Assembly: GCA_963819735.1 (NCBI GenBank)
Contig: CAWFXC010000005.1
Span: forward strand, 425,825-489,824
Direction: 5' to 3'
From: an uncultured Actinomycetes bacterium
Lineage (GTDB): Bacteria; Actinomycetota; Acidimicrobiia; IMCC26256; DASPTH01
Length of the DNA stretch: 64,000 nt
A model generated the notes under the pieces. The model was given only the letters and a program-made list of their open reading frames with translations. It did not search any database and was not told the origin of the DNA. The translations under genes were made by a program, and so were the position numbers. This document shows, in pieces, positions 62,137 to 64,000 of the stretch (position 1 is its first letter; each line of letters begins with the position of its first letter).

Positions 62137-64000
62137 ATGCGACCTCTGACCCGAACACTTTCCACCTTCCTCCTGACGGTCGTGATCGGCGGTGTCGCCG
62201 TGGGCGCGTGTCTGGCCGCGCTGATCCCGGGCACGGTCGAGATCGCCACCGCGCACCACTACACGTCGAAGCAGGTCGGGAAGTTGAGCGCGCTCGCGCA
62301 ACCTTCCACGATCTACTGGGACGACAACACCACCTCGATGGGTTCGCTCGGGCTGCAGGTGCGCGACCCGATCACCAACATCGACGAGGTCCCCACCCGG
62401 GTCATCGACGCGGTGATCGCCACCGAGGACCGCTCCTTCTGGACCAACGACGGCATCGACCTCGGCGCGGTGTTCCGGGCGTTCCTCACCAACGTCACGT
62501 CGGGCAAGATCGTCCAGGGCGGCTCGACCATCACCCAACAGCTGGTGAAGAACCGCATCCTCACGCCGAAGCGCGACGTCAACCGCAAGGTCAAGGAGAT
62601 CGAGGACGCGCTCCGCCTCAACAACAAGTTCTCCAAGCAGAAGATCCTGGTGGAGTACCTCAACACGGTCTACTTCGGGCAGGGCTCCTACGGCATCAAG
62701 GCGGCCGCGTCGCGCTTCTTCCTCACCACCGACCCCGGCAACCCCTATCCGCGCGGCAAGCGGCTCGACGAGCTCACCATCGGTGAGGCCGCGCTGCTCG
62801 CCGGGGTGATCTCCAACCCCGAGGGCGACAATCCGTTCACGTACCCCGACCGCGCCATCCGCCGCCGGGCCGACGTGCTGCGGTCCGAGGTCGAGCAGAA
62901 GTACATCACCCAGGCCCAGGCCGACGCCGCCAACCAGGAGCCGATGCCCACGGTCAAGCCGTCGGCGGAGCTTCGGCCCACCAGCTTCCTCACCGCCGAG
63001 GTGCAGAACCGCCTGCTCGCCGATCCCCGCCTCGGCGCGACCCCGAAGGAGCGGCTCGACGAGCTGCTCAAGGGTGGGTTGAAGATCTACACGACCTTCG
63101 ACGAGACCCTGCAGAACGAGGCGGTCGACGCCACCAACAACGCCAAGCCCCAGAAGGGCGCCGATTGGATCGCGTCGCTGGTGGCCATCGATCCCACCAC
63201 CGGCGCGGTCAAGGCGATGGTCGGGGGCCCCGACTTCGCCGACAACCAGTACAACGTCGCCACGCAGGATCCGGGGCGCCAACCCGGCTCCACCTGGAAG
63301 GTCATCACCCTCGCGGGCGCGTTGCAGAACGGCTACTCGCCGAACGACAGCGTCGACGGTTCGGCGCCGTGCTCGGTTCCGAGCCACTTCGGCAACGTCA
63401 ACACCACCAACGCCGAGGGCGGTGGCGGTGGCATCGAAGACATCTGGAGCGCGACCGCGGGCTCCATCAACTGCGCGTTCGTGCGGATCTCGACCAGCGT
63501 CGGCCAGGACAAGCTTATCCCGCTCGCCCACAAGATGGGGATCACCCAGACCCGCCCGACCGTGCCCAACGACGAGATCCTCACCCTCTCGATCGGCTCG
63601 ATCGAGGCGACGCCACTCGAGATGGCCACGGTGATGGCCACCATCGCCGACGGCGGGCTGCACCACGCCGCGTACGTCGTCTCGAAGGTCGTCGCCCCCG
63701 ACGGCAAGGTGCTCATCGACAACACGACGACTCCCGGCGATCAGGTGATCGACAACGACGTCGCGAACTGCGAGCAGAACGTGCTCCGCGGCGTGGTCAC
63801 CGGCGGCACGGGGGGTAACGCCGCCATCTCCGGCCAGGAGATCTTCGGCAAGACCGGCACCACCGACGACGAGTCCAACGCCTGGTTCATCGGCGCGAAC
63901 CCGGCGGGCGGGCCAATGCAGCTGGCCACCGCGGTGTGGTTCGGCAACCGGGTGAGGAACGAGCCCGGTGCCGGGTTCGGTGGCGACTCGGCTGCGCCCA
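62137..64000 (+). CDS. class A penicillin-binding protein (GT51 transglycosylase plus transpeptidase); the 3-prime end is beyond the window
   Basis: Absent from the ORF track because there is no stop in the window. My translation from ATG 62137 gives MRPLTRTLSTFLLTVVIGGVAVGACLAAL (TM anchor), IATEDRSFWTNDGID, GGSTITQQLVKN and KILVEYLNTVYFGQGSYG. The SxxK motif appears later as PGSTWKV. Confidence 0.85.
   Translation, partial: MRPLTRTLSTFLLTVVIGGVAVGACLAALIPGTVEIATAHHYTSKQVGKLSALAQPSTIYWDDNTTSMGSLGLQVRDPITNIDEVPTRVIDAVIATEDRSFWTNDGIDLGAVFRAFLTNVTSGKIVQGGSTITQQLVKNRILTPKRDVNRKVKEIEDALRLNNKFSKQKILVEYLNTVYFGQGSYGIKAAASRFFLTTDPGNPYPRGKRLDELTIGEAALLAGVISNPEGDNPFTYPDRAIRRRADVLRSEVEQKYITQAQADAANQEPMPTVKPSAELRPTSFLTAEVQNRLLADPRLGATPKERLDELLKGGLKIYTTFDETLQNEAVDATNNAKPQKGADWIASLVAIDPTTGAVKAMVGGPDFADNQYNVATQDPGRQPGSTWKVITLAGALQNGYSPNDSVDGSAPCSVPSHFGNVNTTNAEGGGGGIEDIWSATAGSINCAFVRISTSVGQDKLIPLAHKMGITQTRPTVPNDEILTLSIGSIEATPLEMATVMATIADGGLHHAAYVVSKVVAPDGKVLIDNTTTPGDQVIDNDVANCEQNVLRGVVTGGTGGNAAISGQEIFGKTGTTDDESNAWFIGANPAGGPMQLATAVWFGNRVRNEPGAGFGGDSAAP

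Noticed and set aside
1-64000. Mobile elements, prophage, integrative island borders, tRNA/rRNA genes, toxin-antitoxin or defence systems
   Set aside because: I recognised no transposase, integrase, recombinase or phage-like ORF. I found no long terminal inverted or direct repeats, no tRNA-like cloverleaf-sized conserved AT-rich gaps and no typical TA-sized gene pairs. The longest intergenic gaps (about 250 nt at 17608-17856 and about 165 nt at 46791-46955) are explained by divergent promoters. The absence of RNA genes was judged by eye only. A tRNAscan/Infernal run would be definitive.

Overview
High-GC (roughly 68-70% by eye) actinobacterial-type chromosomal window, densely packed with about 62 protein-coding genes. 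I saw no rRNA, tRNA, CRISPR array, transposase, integrase or phage gene.

Gene content:
- Lipid, aromatic and xenobiotic catabolism dominates: 3 cytochrome P450s, 1 Rieske oxygenase, 3 AMP-forming acyl-CoA synthetases, 2 crotonases, 4 amidohydrolases, 5 SDRs, 2 MDR dehydrogenases, a tandem-fused family III CoA-transferase and a TauD dioxygenase. There are also about 5 NTF2/SnoaL-like and 2 NIPSNAP-like small proteins.
- Local regulators are GntR/FadR, 2 TetR, MarR, MerR and an ECF42 sigma factor.
- The right edge carries cell-wall genes: an OafA-like acyltransferase and a class A PBP.

Organisation: many genes are translationally coupled by 4-nt ATGA, GTGA or TTGA overlaps, which defines the operons.

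Genes the ORF track misses: two run off the window edges (1-1442 minus strand, 62137-64000 plus strand). Several real genes are also hidden inside over-extended ORFs.

Most interesting observations:
1. A two-gene, permuted PEP-utilizing/rifampicin-phosphotransferase-like enzyme (39181-42117). Its ATP-grasp subunit is fused to a cyclic-nucleotide-binding domain. It lies downstream of thioesterase, sulfotransferase and epimerase genes.
2. Twin, near-identical MerR-type promoter/operator modules with 19-nt spacers (53534-53647).
3. An ECF42 sigma module with its predicted autoregulated promoter and an extra coupled gene (46897-49101).
4. A pair of M24 proteins, one catalytically intact and one degenerate.
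5. A duplicated esterase plus orphan solute-binding-protein module.
6. Two short tandem-repeat arrays in regulatory positions.
7. Four independent ORF-disrupting lesions: two +1 frameshifts, one in-frame TAG and one lost stop codon. These are either real pseudogenisation or assembly errors.

All family calls come from motif recognition by eye in the translations. No database search was run.
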